From an uncultured Acidobacteriota bacterium (GTDB lineage Bacteria; Acidobacteriota; UBA6911; RPQK01; JAPXNP01), in assembly GCA_963777605.1 (NCBI GenBank), contig CAVZRV010000007.1, positions 256,001 through 320,000 on the forward strand: DNA of 64,000 bases. Direction: 5' to 3'. Made by a program: the position numbers and the translations under genes. This document shows positions 21,120 to 30,826 of this stretch, one piece after another. Numbering within the stretch: the stretch's first letter is position 1; each line of letters starts with the position of its first letter. The notes beneath the pieces were generated by a model that was not told the origin of the DNA, made no database searches, and worked only from the letters and a program-made list of their open reading frames with translations.

Positions 21120-23450
21120 ATGACAATTCTCAGGGCATTGTTAGTTACCGGATTAATCCTCCTGCCGTCGGCTTGCAGTCAATCTCCTGAAAGTCCTTCC
21201 CCCGGGAACGAGAACGAGTTTGTTGGCTCCTCGGACTGTCGCTCCTGCCACGAGCGTTTCTACAAGAAGTGGGAAAATTCCCATCATGGCCAGGCGATGC
21301 AACTATTTACGCCCGGACTCACTGGGCGAGTCGTCCCGGAAGAACCGATCCAACTCGGCGAAAAGCGCTATGGCGTCGCCTATGAGGCCGACCAGGGCTG
21401 GATCATCGAAAAGACCGGAGAATCCGAAAAGCGGTTCCGCATGCTTTATGCCCTGGGGGGCAAGAACGTCTACTTCTTCCTGACCGAGCTTGACCGCGGA
21501 ATGCTGCAGGTACTCCCGATTTCTTTTGACGTGCGGGCAGGGAGTTGGTACGGGACCACGGGGAGCATGGTGCGCGGGTTCCACGAGCAGTTCGATGAGG
21601 CGGTCGACTGGACCGACCGCCTGCTTACTTTCAACACCTCCTGCTACGGGTGCCACGTCAGCCAGGTGACGACGAACTACGATTCCGTGACCGACAGCTA
21701 CCGGACGGTTTGGGAAGAACCCGGGGTCAACTGCGAGACTTGCCACGGCCCCGGCGGCGAGCACGTCCGGGTCTGCAAGGAAGCCGGAGACGGCAAGAAA
21801 CCTGATGACCTCAAAATCATCATCACTGCCAGCTTCGACAATCATCAGACTAACTCCATGTGTGGCCCCTGCCATGCCAAGATGTATCCGATTTCCTCGG
21901 ACTTCATGCCCGGCGACCTCTACTTCGATCACTTCGGCCTGAACGCCCTCGAGGATAGGGACTTCTACCCAGACGGGCGGGACCTGGGTGAGAACTACAC
22001 CTACACGCAATGGCTGATGAATTCATGCGCCCGGAAAGGGACGCTGGACTGTGTCGACTGCCATACCTCATCGGGACGCAATCGACACGCTGACGCCCCC
22101 GACAACGCGTGCATGCCGTGCCACGACCAGTATGTGACTGATCCCGAGCCGCACACTCACCACGCCGCGGACAGCGAGGGCTCTCGCTGCGTGTCCTGCC
22201 ACATGCCTCAGACCACGTTCGCGCGGATGGTTCGTCACGATCATTCGTTCCTGGCACCAACCCCGGCGGCGACCATGGAGTTCGGGTCCCCCAATGCCTG
22301 CAATATCTGTCACGAGAACCAGAAGGCCGACTGGTCGGATCGTTGGGTACGAAAGTGGTACACCCGTGATTATCAAGAACCGGTCCTGGAGCGAGCCCGG
22401 CTGATCGAGGCCGCCCGCAAAGGAGACTGGAGTGGCCTCGACCAGATGCTGGCCTATCTTTCCAGGTCGGACCGGGATCCCGTGTTTACCGCGTCCCTGG
22501 TCCGGCTGTTGGAGGACTGTCCGGACGAGCACAAGTGGCCCACGCTTCGCCAGGCCATGTCGGATCCCTCTCCGCTGGTTCGCTCCGCAGCGGCCGCAGC
22601 CATGGGCCTCGAGCCGGTGGGAGAGAACCGCCAACTCCTACTGGCGGCACTGGCCGACGAAACGAGACTCGTCCAAATCACGTCCGCGGCCGGCCTGAGC
22701 CAGATCCCAATCGACCAGTTCTCCGGCCCCGATCGCGCCAAGGTTCAGGCCGCCTTCGCTGCCTACCAGAAATCGCTGGAGAGCCGGCCCGATGACTGGG
22801 CGTCATGCTACAGCCTGGGGAATTTCTATGCCTCACAGGGCAATCTGCAGAAAGCAGTCAGCCTTTACGAGAAGTCGGGCTATCTCCGTCCCGATGCCGT
22901 GCCGCCGCTGGTCAACATGTCCATGGCCCAGGCCCGCCTCGGCCGCATGGACGATGCCGAGTCGTCCCTTCGAAAAGCGCTCAGCCTCAATCCGCAGAAT
23001 GCCGGAGTCAACTTCAACCTGGGACTGCTCTTGGCTGAGCGGGAACAAATCGAAGAAGCTGAGGCCTGCCTGCGCCAGGCGCTTAAGAGCGACCCTCAGT
23101 TTGCGGAGGCCGCTTTCAACCTGGGAGTCCTCCTGGGCGGCCAGGAGGCCCCCGAATCAATTTCGTGGTGCCGTAAGGCCTTTCAGCTGAGGCCCCAGAA
23201 TGATCGCTACGGGTATACTCTCGCCTACCAGCTGGCGCGGGCCGGGAAGACTAGTGAGGCGGTCAAAATCCTCAATTCGGTGATCGCCCTGGAACCGGCA
23301 GACTCCTCTCCTTACCTGCTTCTGGCCGACGTCCTCCAGTCCCGGGGAGAAGGACAACTCGTCGCGGACGTGTTCGAAAAAGCGGCCGGAAACAGCCGAC
23401 TGAACGCCCAACAGCGATCCTGGTTTCGAAGCCGGGCGGAGGGAAACTGA
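21120..23450 (+). CDS. Octaheme cytochrome c lipoprotein with HEAT and TPR repeats
   Basis: Lipobox LPSAC; eight CxxCH motifs (CRSCH, CYGCH, CETCH, CGPCH, CVDCH, CMPCH, CVSCH, CNICH); HEAT (DPSPLVR) and TPR-like C-terminus. Confidence 0.88.
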   Translation: MTILRALLVTGLILLPSACSQSPESPSPGNENEFVGSSDCRSCHERFYKKWENSHHGQAMQLFTPGLTGRVVPEEPIQLGEKRYGVAYEADQGWIIEKTGESEKRFRMLYALGGKNVYFFLTELDRGMLQVLPISFDVRAGSWYGTTGSMVRGFHEQFDEAVDWTDRLLTFNTSCYGCHVSQVTTNYDSVTDSYRTVWEEPGVNCETCHGPGGEHVRVCKEAGDGKKPDDLKIIITASFDNHQTNSMCGPCHAKMYPISSDFMPGDLYFDHFGLNALEDRDFYPDGRDLGENYTYTQWLMNSCARKGTLDCVDCHTSSGRNRHADAPDNACMPCHDQYVTDPEPHTHHAADSEGSRCVSCHMPQTTFARMVRHDHSFLAPTPAATMEFGSPNACNICHENQKADWSDRWVRKWYTRDYQEPVLERARLIEAARKGDWSGLDQMLAYLSRSDRDPVFTASLVRLLEDCPDEHKWPTLRQAMSDPSPLVRSAAAAAMGLEPVGENRQLLLAALADETRLVQITSAAGLSQIPIDQFSGPDRAKVQAAFAAYQKSLESRPDDWASCYSLGNFYASQGNLQKAVSLYEKSGYLRPDAVPPLVNMSMAQARLGRMDDAESSLRKALSLNPQNAGVNFNLGLLLAEREQIEEAEACLRQALKSDPQFAEAAFNLGVLLGGQEAPESISWCRKAFQLRPQNDRYGYTLAYQLARAGKTSEAVKILNSVIALEPADSSPYLLLADVLQSRGEGQLVADVFEKAAGNSRLNAQQRSWFRSRAEGN

Positions 23451-24333
23451 TCAGGCGGCGACATCCCCTTCTGGAAGATATCGGTAGACCACCAGGTCAC
23501 CGGTCCTGGCGTCAACCTGGCGGGCCGTGACGTCACACTTGGCCCGGAAGATGAACCAGGCCGCCCTACCGCCCCCGGAAAGGGTTTCGAAATTTCCCTG
23601 ACCCTTGGCGATCACCAGGTCCGCCTCGTCGAAGACCCGACGAAACTCCTCTCCGCAGTCTTCCAACACGACTCCGGGAATACCCGACCCGGTGTCAATG
23701 ACTTCCACAAGGGAAGTTACACCAACGGCTTCCGCATCTTCGATCGTAGCGTCATTGAGGACGGGGCGGCCCCGCACGGCCAGTATTGTCCGGTCCCTGG
23801 GCATCAATTCGAGGAGGAGCTTGTCAAACACGATCTCTCCGGCGTTGTCTGCGATAAAAAGTATCTTCGAAGCGGCGGCAATCTCCTGCTCGAGCCGGCT
23901 GATATCGCCCACCAGAGTTGAGGTCGAACGCCTTGTTCATCTCCCGCTCAACCTCCTCCGGAGTCAGAAAATGGTTCACGGCGAGATCGATCGTGTTGCC
24001 GGTAGCCGAAAACCTCACCGCCGTCTCGAACGGATGCCCGGATTCCTGGACTTTTCGGCGGGCATCAGGGAAGGCCTGCAGCGCCAGTCGGTTGAACACT
24101 TCCTTGGCCTGGAGGTAGGGGTCCTCGATCTCTTCATCCGGCAGCAGCGGTTGAGCCAGGGAATGCAGCTTCCCGGCTATGGCCGGTGCCGAGTCGTTCC
24201 AGTCCATTTCACTGATCACGGCAAGGAACCTTCGGGCGAGGCGCTCCTGCTCTTGTGGGACGGGAGTGGCGACCCGCGCTAATTCGACAGCCTGACGGGT
24301 CAGGCAGGGCAGACAATCGAGTGACGCTTTCAT
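23451..24333 (-). pseudogene. DUF89/ARMT1-like damage-control phosphatase split by a +1 frameshift
   Basis: N-half has CLPC, DPY...K and GNTID; C-half has DNAGEIVFD, PVLNDAT, KGQGNFETL and AKC; frame change near 23917; span 883 nt = 3n+1. Confidence 0.8.
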
Positions 24334-24417
24334 ATCTGGCAAGTGTACCTCAGCGGCCGGACGCGGGAGCCGCGAAAGACTTCGCCTCGGGCGACTGGAA
24401 GATGGGATAATCGGGCC

Positions 24418-25002
24418 ATGCGCATGGCACGAACGATCGTTGGCGTCCTCCTGGTTGCCTCCGCTCTGGGAGCCGGAGAAATGTCGGAGTCCGAGCGGGC
24501 CGGAGTCATTTCAGTCGGGCAGGAAGCCTCCCAGGTTCTGATGAGTTCACTCAAGTCCGCACTGATGAAGGCAATGCAGGACGGGGGAGCAGCTCACGCC
24601 GTCAGCTTCTGCAGTGAGCAGGCTCTGACCCTGACCGGTGAAGCCCAGGCCCGGCTGGACGGACTCGGCATCAAGAGAACGAGTCACCGCTTCAGGAACT
24701 CCGCCAATGCCCCGGATCATCGGGAAAGCCAGGCCCTCGACCGCTTCGAAAACACCGATGCTTCTCAACGTCCCGCCCAACTCATTGAGAAGTTCAGTCG
24801 AAGCGGAGACGTCGTCTACCGTTACTACCAGCCGATCTACGCCGGAGCGTTTTGCCTGACCTGCCACGGTGAGACGGTCTCCCCGGCAGTTCAGAAAGTC
24901 CTCGACGAGCGCTACCCGGACGATCGGGCCGAGGGATACCGGGACGGCGATTTTCGGGGCCTGATCCGGGTGGAGATCCCTTCCGGCCGACTGCCGAAGT
25001 GA
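24418..25002 (+). CDS. DUF3365/Tll0287-like secreted heme c protein
   Basis: Signal peptide; AVSFC, KRTS.R.RN..NAPD..E, CLTCHG, YP.D.A.GY..GD.RG. Confidence 0.85.
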   Translation: MRMARTIVGVLLVASALGAGEMSESERAGVISVGQEASQVLMSSLKSALMKAMQDGGAAHAVSFCSEQALTLTGEAQARLDGLGIKRTSHRFRNSANAPDHRESQALDRFENTDASQRPAQLIEKFSRSGDVVYRYYQPIYAGAFCLTCHGETVSPAVQKVLDERYPDDRAEGYRDGDFRGLIRVEIPSGRLPK

Positions 25003-25027
25003 GAGACTCCTCGCTGGTTCGCGTTTT

Positions 25028-26386
25028 CTAACGCCTCAGTTGACCCGGGGGTTGATCCACGATCTCTTCAGACTGGCGGTCCCAGTAGAGTTTCTTGCCT
25101 TCCCGATATGCCTGCGTCGCCATGGCCGCCCCGATCGAATGCCAGAAACCGGTGTGAATGTTTCCGGCCGGCAACAGATTGCGTGCCCGGATGCAGTCGA
25201 TCCAGTTGTCGAGGTGGGGCTTGCTGTCGTCACTCTGAGCAGTCGGCGGAAGCTCTTTGTTTCCGTCCAGGGTGACCAGCTCGGCGGCTCCCTTTTTCAC
25301 CGCTTCCTCAAATCCGCCGTAGAAGTGACGCCCATCATCCGGCACCTCGGGAATGAGGAACCAACGAGGGCTACCCTCACCGCCCTGGGCATAAAGCGTC
25401 GCCTCTTTGCCCCGGATGCAAGTGTGGTCCCCGAACCGGTTGGCGTAGCTGGAGGAGAATGAGTGCATGAACTGGGCGTCATCGAAGGTTGCCAGGCACT
25501 GAAACGTGTCCGGATTCTGCCGCAGGTCGTGCCAGCCAAAGATCCCGCCGGACGCCACCATGCTGTCCGGAATTGCAGTATCGGTCAGGAAATGGACGAT
25601 TCCGATCCCGTGGCTCAACCACTGGCTGGTGATCCCACCTGAGAAATCCCGAAAGATTCGGAACTCAAAGTACATCCAGGGATTAAACGGACGGTAGGGC
25701 TTGTCGAGGAGCCAGCGTTTCCAATCGGTGTCCGCTTCGCGGATCGAGGCAACATCCGGATCGTCCGCGTCATGCCAGCGGTGATTGTTGTCGTTCCAAA
25801 CCTGCTCGATCTTGGTGATCTCGCCGAGCCTGCCGGAACGGATGATCTCCCGCACCTTGATGTGGTAAGGATCACTCAGCCACTGCGAGCCGTTCTGGAC
25901 CACCTGTTTCGAATTCAGTACGGCACGCCGGGCCAATTTCGCTTCCTCGACATCGAGGGCCATCGGCTTCTCGCAGTAGCAGTCTTTGCCCGCTTCTACG
26001 ACCTGGGCGAGGAGCCGCCCGTGCTGGAAGTCCCCGGTCGCGATCATGACCGCATCCAGATCGGGCATGGAGAGCATCTCTTCGGAATATTTGAACTGCT
26101 TGACGTCAATACCGAACTTCTTCTTGCAGTCCGCAGCCGCCTTTTCCCGGTTGCCAGACCAGAGGTCGCATACCGCAACGACTCCCAGGTTCTTGTCCCG
26201 GTGCGACATCTCCACCATGCGGCGATGTCCCCTGCTCCGTCCCCCGCAACCGAGGAATGCGATGTTGACCCGGTCATTGGCGCCGAGAATTCTCCCGTAC
26301 GACGTCGCCGAGAAACTCGCCTTGGAGACAGCCGCCGCTGTTGCTGCTGTTGTAACAAACCCACGCCTGCTGATTCTCTTGCTCAT
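25028..26386 (-). CDS. Tat-exported Gfo/Idh/MocA oxidoreductase
   Basis: SRRGFV Tat motif; ILGANDRVNIAFLGCGGR, IATGDFQH, YCEKPM. Confidence 0.88.
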   Translation of the reverse strand: MSKRISRRGFVTTAATAAAVSKASFSATSYGRILGANDRVNIAFLGCGGRSRGHRRMVEMSHRDKNLGVVAVCDLWSGNREKAAADCKKKFGIDVKQFKYSEEMLSMPDLDAVMIATGDFQHGRLLAQVVEAGKDCYCEKPMALDVEEAKLARRAVLNSKQVVQNGSQWLSDPYHIKVREIIRSGRLGEITKIEQVWNDNNHRWHDADDPDVASIREADTDWKRWLLDKPYRPFNPWMYFEFRIFRDFSGGITSQWLSHGIGIVHFLTDTAIPDSMVASGGIFGWHDLRQNPDTFQCLATFDDAQFMHSFSSSYANRFGDHTCIRGKEATLYAQGGEGSPRWFLIPEVPDDGRHFYGGFEEAVKKGAAELVTLDGNKELPPTAQSDDSKPHLDNWIDCIRARNLLPAGNIHTGFWHSIGAAMATQAYREGKKLYWDRQSEEIVDQPPGQLRR

Positions 26387-26468
26387 AGTCTTATCCTTGC
26401 CGTCCGGACGGTGACCAACCCTTGTCGAGTCAGATTGAAGAGTAACAGCGAGAGGCGAATTCTGCCAA

Positions 26469-28301
26469 CTAGATGATCAGTTCATCGACGCCTTCGTCAT
26501 CGAAGTTGAGCCGTCGGTCAAGGTCATAGGCGGCACTGATCAGGGACAGATGGGTGAACGCCTGCGGGAAGTTTCCAAGGTGCTCCGCCTGGTAACCGAG
26601 TTCCTCGGAGTACAATCCGAGATGGTTCGCGTACCCCAGCATTTTCTCGAACACGAAGCGCCCACGATCGAGGTCGCCGGCCCGGGACAGGCATTCGGCA
26701 AACCAGAACGTGCACATGTTGAACGTGCCCTCCTCGCCGACCAGCCCGTCAAAGGAACCGTCCCCAGCACGATAGCGATAGACCAGCGAATCATAGACGA
26801 GGTTTTCGTCGATCGCCTTCAGCGTGGACAACCAGCGCGGATCTCTCGGGCTGATGAACCGGACAAGCGGCATCAACAGCGCTGATGCATCGAGTGTGTG
26901 CCCATCCGCGGACTGAACGAAGGCCTGGCTTTTCTCGTCCCAGAAATGTCGGAAGATGTCCCGGTAAATCCCGTCCCGGCATTCGAGCCAGGCGGCGACC
27001 GGAGCCGGCCGGGAACGCTTGATGGCGAGCCGGGTTCCCCGGTCCAGGGCCACCCAGCACATCATCCGGGAATAGAGAAAGTCGTAGCGTCCTCCGCGAA
27101 CTTCCCATATTCCCTCGTCGGGCTGGCGCCAGTTCTTGCATACCCAACCGAGCAGATCAACGATGTTGTTCCACAGGTCGTGAGACACTGGCTTTCCGTA
27201 CTTGTCATAGAGGTAGACCGAGTCCATCAGCTCACCGTATATATCCAGCTGGAGCTGGTTGTAGGCCCCATTTCCGGTGCGTACGGGTCCCGACCCCCGG
27301 TATCCCTCCCAGTTGTTCAGGACCTCCTCGGGAAGCTCATGTCTCCCATCGATCCCGTACATGACCTGAAGTGACCCATCCGGCTCGAGCTCATCGCAGC
27401 GCGCTTCGATCCAATCCATGAACTTCCCGGCTTCTTCGGTGTATCCAAGGCGAATCAACGCGTATATCGTGAAGGATGCATCGCGGATCCAGGTCAAACG
27501 ATAGTCCCAGTTGCGCTCTCCGCCTATCACCTCGGGAAGTCCGAAAGTCGGGGCGGCAACGATCGCACCCGTCGGCTGAAAGATCAACAGCTTGAGGATC
27601 AGGGCGGATCGATTAACCATTTCGCGCCAGCGCCCTTTGTAACGGGACTTTCCAGTCCACCGCCGCCAGTAGTTCAGCGTCTCGACAAATGAGCGCGTGA
27701 CGTACTCCGGTCGCCCCGATGGAGAGGCCTCCCCAGCGTTGACTTCCTCGAGAACGAAATCGACCTCTTCACCGACCCTGAGCCCGAATTCTCCCTTGAC
27801 TATCCCGCTCTCCACCTCGAACGGTTTCGTGCAGCGAAAGCGGATCGCCCCTTCCTTTTGTCCACTGGGGAGAAAGAGAACCGAACCGTCGTCAACTCTT
27901 TCGACCCGATGCTCCTGCCTTCCGTAGTCGAATCGAGGGGCGCACCTGAAACGAAAAGAGATCTCCCCCTTGATACTTTTGACTTGTCGGACCAGGTCGT
28001 GAGCATGCTTCTTTTGCCCGATCGGCATAAAATCGGTGATCTCTGCGACACCATCCTCAAACAGAAACCGAGTCAGGAGGATGTTGGAGTCGGGAAGGTA
28101 CATCTGCCGATGCTTGCACTCCTGATTCACCGGGTGGAGTTCGAATCTGCCTCCATTCTGGTCGTCCAGCAGAGCCCCGAAAATGGTCGGGGAATCGAAG
28201 AACGGGAAGCACATGAAATCGATAGAGCCGTTCATCCCGATCAACGCGACGGTGTGCTGATCCCCTACGACTCCGTAATTTTCAATCGGCTGATAGGGCA
28301 T
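26469..28301 (-). CDS. Glycoside hydrolase family 15 (trehalase/glucoamylase-like)
   Basis: IVAAPTFGLPE.IGGERNWDYR.TWIRD, QLDIYGE, DEGIWEVR, LYSEE, GNFPQAFTH. Confidence 0.93.
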   Translation of the reverse strand: MPYQPIENYGVVGDQHTVALIGMNGSIDFMCFPFFDSPTIFGALLDDQNGGRFELHPVNQECKHRQMYLPDSNILLTRFLFEDGVAEITDFMPIGQKKHAHDLVRQVKSIKGEISFRFRCAPRFDYGRQEHRVERVDDGSVLFLPSGQKEGAIRFRCTKPFEVESGIVKGEFGLRVGEEVDFVLEEVNAGEASPSGRPEYVTRSFVETLNYWRRWTGKSRYKGRWREMVNRSALILKLLIFQPTGAIVAAPTFGLPEVIGGERNWDYRLTWIRDASFTIYALIRLGYTEEAGKFMDWIEARCDELEPDGSLQVMYGIDGRHELPEEVLNNWEGYRGSGPVRTGNGAYNQLQLDIYGELMDSVYLYDKYGKPVSHDLWNNIVDLLGWVCKNWRQPDEGIWEVRGGRYDFLYSRMMCWVALDRGTRLAIKRSRPAPVAAWLECRDGIYRDIFRHFWDEKSQAFVQSADGHTLDASALLMPLVRFISPRDPRWLSTLKAIDENLVYDSLVYRYRAGDGSFDGLVGEEGTFNMCTFWFAECLSRAGDLDRGRFVFEKMLGYANHLGLYSEELGYQAEHLGNFPQAFTHLSLISAAYDLDRRLNFDDEGVDELII

Positions 28302-28502
28302 GAGCTAAGCGTACTAACCCGAATCGAGAAACACCAGTGCAACCGCCCATCAGGATCGACGGGAAGACCAAGAGAGGTCGTACGGCTTGCCTGATCCTGA
28401 GATCCTGTGGTCTAATTACTTACTAATTTCTCGATCGGACCAAATGAGTCAATGGATCGTTATGTTTCTGTGCAGAGGCGCTGACGTTGATGTCAATTGG
28501 TG

Positions 28503-28532
28503 TTGACGGCGGTTTGGTAGTGCCGTTATGCT
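28503..28532 (+). promoter_or_regulatory. Putative sigma70 promoter
   Basis: TTGACG-N18-TATGCT upstream of the radical SAM gene. Confidence 0.4.
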
Positions 28533-28569
28533 CTGACCTCCAGCCGAAGGCTTATGTGCGCAAATATCC

Positions 28570-30165
28570 TTGAACTGCATCGACTTCTTAAGGAGGCACC
28601 TACTGCAGGTTCACCTGATAAATCCCAGTGATCTTTCATTCGGAACAGGAGTTGTGGCTCCTCGTTGGCAATACGTCTTGGCCGCAGCGACTCCTCGTAC
28701 CTTCCCGGATCCCATTATTGTTGACGAAGCCCTTGAGCAGACCGACTTCTCCAAAATCGGCAAAGGGGACGTGGTGGGCATCGGTATCCACACATCGAAT
28801 GCACTCAGAGGTTACTCTGTTGGGCAACAAGCCCGAGAGCGAGGCGCCTGGGTAGTTTTCGGAGGAATTCATGCATCGCTCTTCCCGGAGGAAGCGCACA
28901 AGCTGGGTGGTGCCCATTCGGTAGTTCGCGGTGACGGTGACCTCGTCTGGTCCGAGGTGCTTTGCGATTGCGAGAAGGGTGAACCTTCACCAGTTTACGA
29001 AGGCGGCCAACTTTCCGGCACCGACTTTCTCCCCGCTCGCTGGGACCTCATGGCGAGCGACAAATACATGTGGGCTTCCGTCCAGACCACTCGGGGATGC
29101 CCCAAGCATTGCTCCTTCTGCTCGGTCTGGCGCACCGATGGTCAGGAACCGCGACAGCGGGCGGTAGATACGGTGATTGAGGAGCTCGTCCAACTGAGAC
29201 GAAGCGGTTTTCGTTTCATCGTTCTGGCCGACGACAACTTTTATCCCGTCACCCTCAGAGACATTGAGGTTGCCGACAGGCGCGAGGACAAAACTCGGCG
29301 AGATCAACTCATTCGCCTCCGTGAAGAACGCTTCGAGTTGATGGACCGCCTTTCGCAGTTGCCGGAGGACATGGTTTTCTTCACCCAGATCACGATGGAG
29401 GCCGCGGAAGATATTGAGTTTTTGAAAGCGATGCGCAGAGGTCGAATCAGGGGAGTGCTGGTCGGAGTGGAATCGGTCACCGCTGAAGGCCTCAAGGCGG
29501 TTTACAAGAATTTCAACCTCTCGGGCGACAACCTGGTCGAGCGGCTCCTCCGTTTTCGGGAAAATGGCGTTTTCGTATTGGGCTCATTCATATTCGGGCT
29601 ACCCACAGATGGACCGGACACATTCAGGCAAACCTCCGAACTTGCCACGCGGGCTGGACTCGCTTTTGCCCAATTCGTAACCCTGTCTGTTTTTCCCGGG
29701 ACGCTGGACTTCGCCAAGTGGGAAAAGGAGGAGGGCCGGGATGAAATTGGTGAGAACGGCTTTCCCCGAAGCCATTACTGGCTGACTCCCCGCAGTCTTC
29801 GACCCGACCTCGCTGCCGCCCATCCCACGCTCTCATCCGACGAGATCAAGGCAGGGACGCAGGAAACGTGGGACAGGTTTTACAGCTACCGAACGCTCTG
29901 GGAACGCTCAGGATGCCTGGTACGTCTTAGGTCTCGCGTCGCGTTTTTCCTTGTCTCCAAGCTTTATCGCCAGATGTACGCGAACACAGGGATTGCCAGC
30001 GACAGTGCCCGCGTCAACCGCTCTGCCCGCTGGGCCCGGTGGATTGCTAAACCCTGTCAGCGCTTTTTCAAAGCCAAGCCGATGCCTGATCTGAAGGTTC
30101 CGACACGACACGAGAGTCTCGCAGGTACCGGTGAGTTCGTGCCGAGCAGGGTCGGGCTTGATTGA
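28570..30165 (+). CDS. B12-binding-domain radical SAM protein
   Basis: VVFGGIHAS..PEE, RGCPKHCSFC, DDNF, GVES, GSFIFG; true start may be CTG at 28603. Confidence 0.88.
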   Translation: MNCIDFLRRHLLQVHLINPSDLSFGTGVVAPRWQYVLAAATPRTFPDPIIVDEALEQTDFSKIGKGDVVGIGIHTSNALRGYSVGQQARERGAWVVFGGIHASLFPEEAHKLGGAHSVVRGDGDLVWSEVLCDCEKGEPSPVYEGGQLSGTDFLPARWDLMASDKYMWASVQTTRGCPKHCSFCSVWRTDGQEPRQRAVDTVIEELVQLRRSGFRFIVLADDNFYPVTLRDIEVADRREDKTRRDQLIRLREERFELMDRLSQLPEDMVFFTQITMEAAEDIEFLKAMRRGRIRGVLVGVESVTAEGLKAVYKNFNLSGDNLVERLLRFRENGVFVLGSFIFGLPTDGPDTFRQTSELATRAGLAFAQFVTLSVFPGTLDFAKWEKEEGRDEIGENGFPRSHYWLTPRSLRPDLAAAHPTLSSDEIKAGTQETWDRFYSYRTLWERSGCLVRLRSRVAFFLVSKLYRQMYANTGIASDSARVNRSARWARWIAKPCQRFFKAKPMPDLKVPTRHESLAGTGEFVPSRVGLD

Positions 30166-30393
30166 CATCGGTATGCGGCGACTGATATTCTCAAAGCAGT
30201 TTTTTGATCTTGAGGCTGATTGAAAAGCGAACTTATTTCAGGCCTCGCAAGTCTGACTTTGTGAATCCATCCCAAGAAATAGCTGACCACATTGAGTCCC
30301 GCAGACCGGATCAAGTTTTCCGCTCCTTTCGAGGTTTAGGTCCCCAGGGTTAATAGTACTTGTAACCAAGCGCATCCTTGTTAGGAGAAAAAC

Positions 30394-30699
30394 ATGAACG
30401 GCAAGAAACTCTATGTTGGGGGTCTCCCCTACTCGGTATCCGACGGCACGCTGGAACAGATGTTTACGGAATTCGGCAGCGTCGAATCCGCCAAGGTCAT
30501 CACCGACCGGATGGACGGACGATCCCGAGGCTTCGGGTTCGTTGAAATGAGTTCCCAGGCAGAGGCTCAGGCTTCCATCGAGGGAGTGAACGGGACTCAA
30601 ATGGACGGACGGACCTTGACGGTCAACGAAGCCCGCGACCGCAACGCATCCGGTGGTGGAGGGTACGCCGACCAGAGCAGATCCCGCAGCCGGTGGTAA
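30394..30699 (+). CDS. RRM RNA-binding protein
   Basis: RNP2 LYVGGL, RNP1 RGFGFVEM, Gly/Arg-rich tail; AGGAG RBS. Confidence 0.93.
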   Translation: MNGKKLYVGGLPYSVSDGTLEQMFTEFGSVESAKVITDRMDGRSRGFGFVEMSSQAEAQASIEGVNGTQMDGRTLTVNEARDRNASGGGGYADQSRSRSRW

Positions 30700-30826
30700 G
30701 TCCTTTGGCTGAGAACAGCCACTGATTCAGACCACTTCAACGAGGCGTTCCCAGGAACGCCTCGTTCTCTTCCCCACTCCCCCCCTGTCTCACGCGCCAA
30801 GTTCCTGCGTCGCATTGACTTCTGCG

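Noticed and set aside
28487-28496. TTGATGTCAA palindrome as an FNR/CRP site
   Set aside because: Spacing does not match TTGAT-N4-ATCAA, and it is too short to be significant
28570-30165. B12-radical SAM enzyme as a maturase of the nearby peptide
   Set aside because: It has its own promoter, is separated from the module by an RRM gene, and shows no RRE or SPASM domain; proximity is the only link
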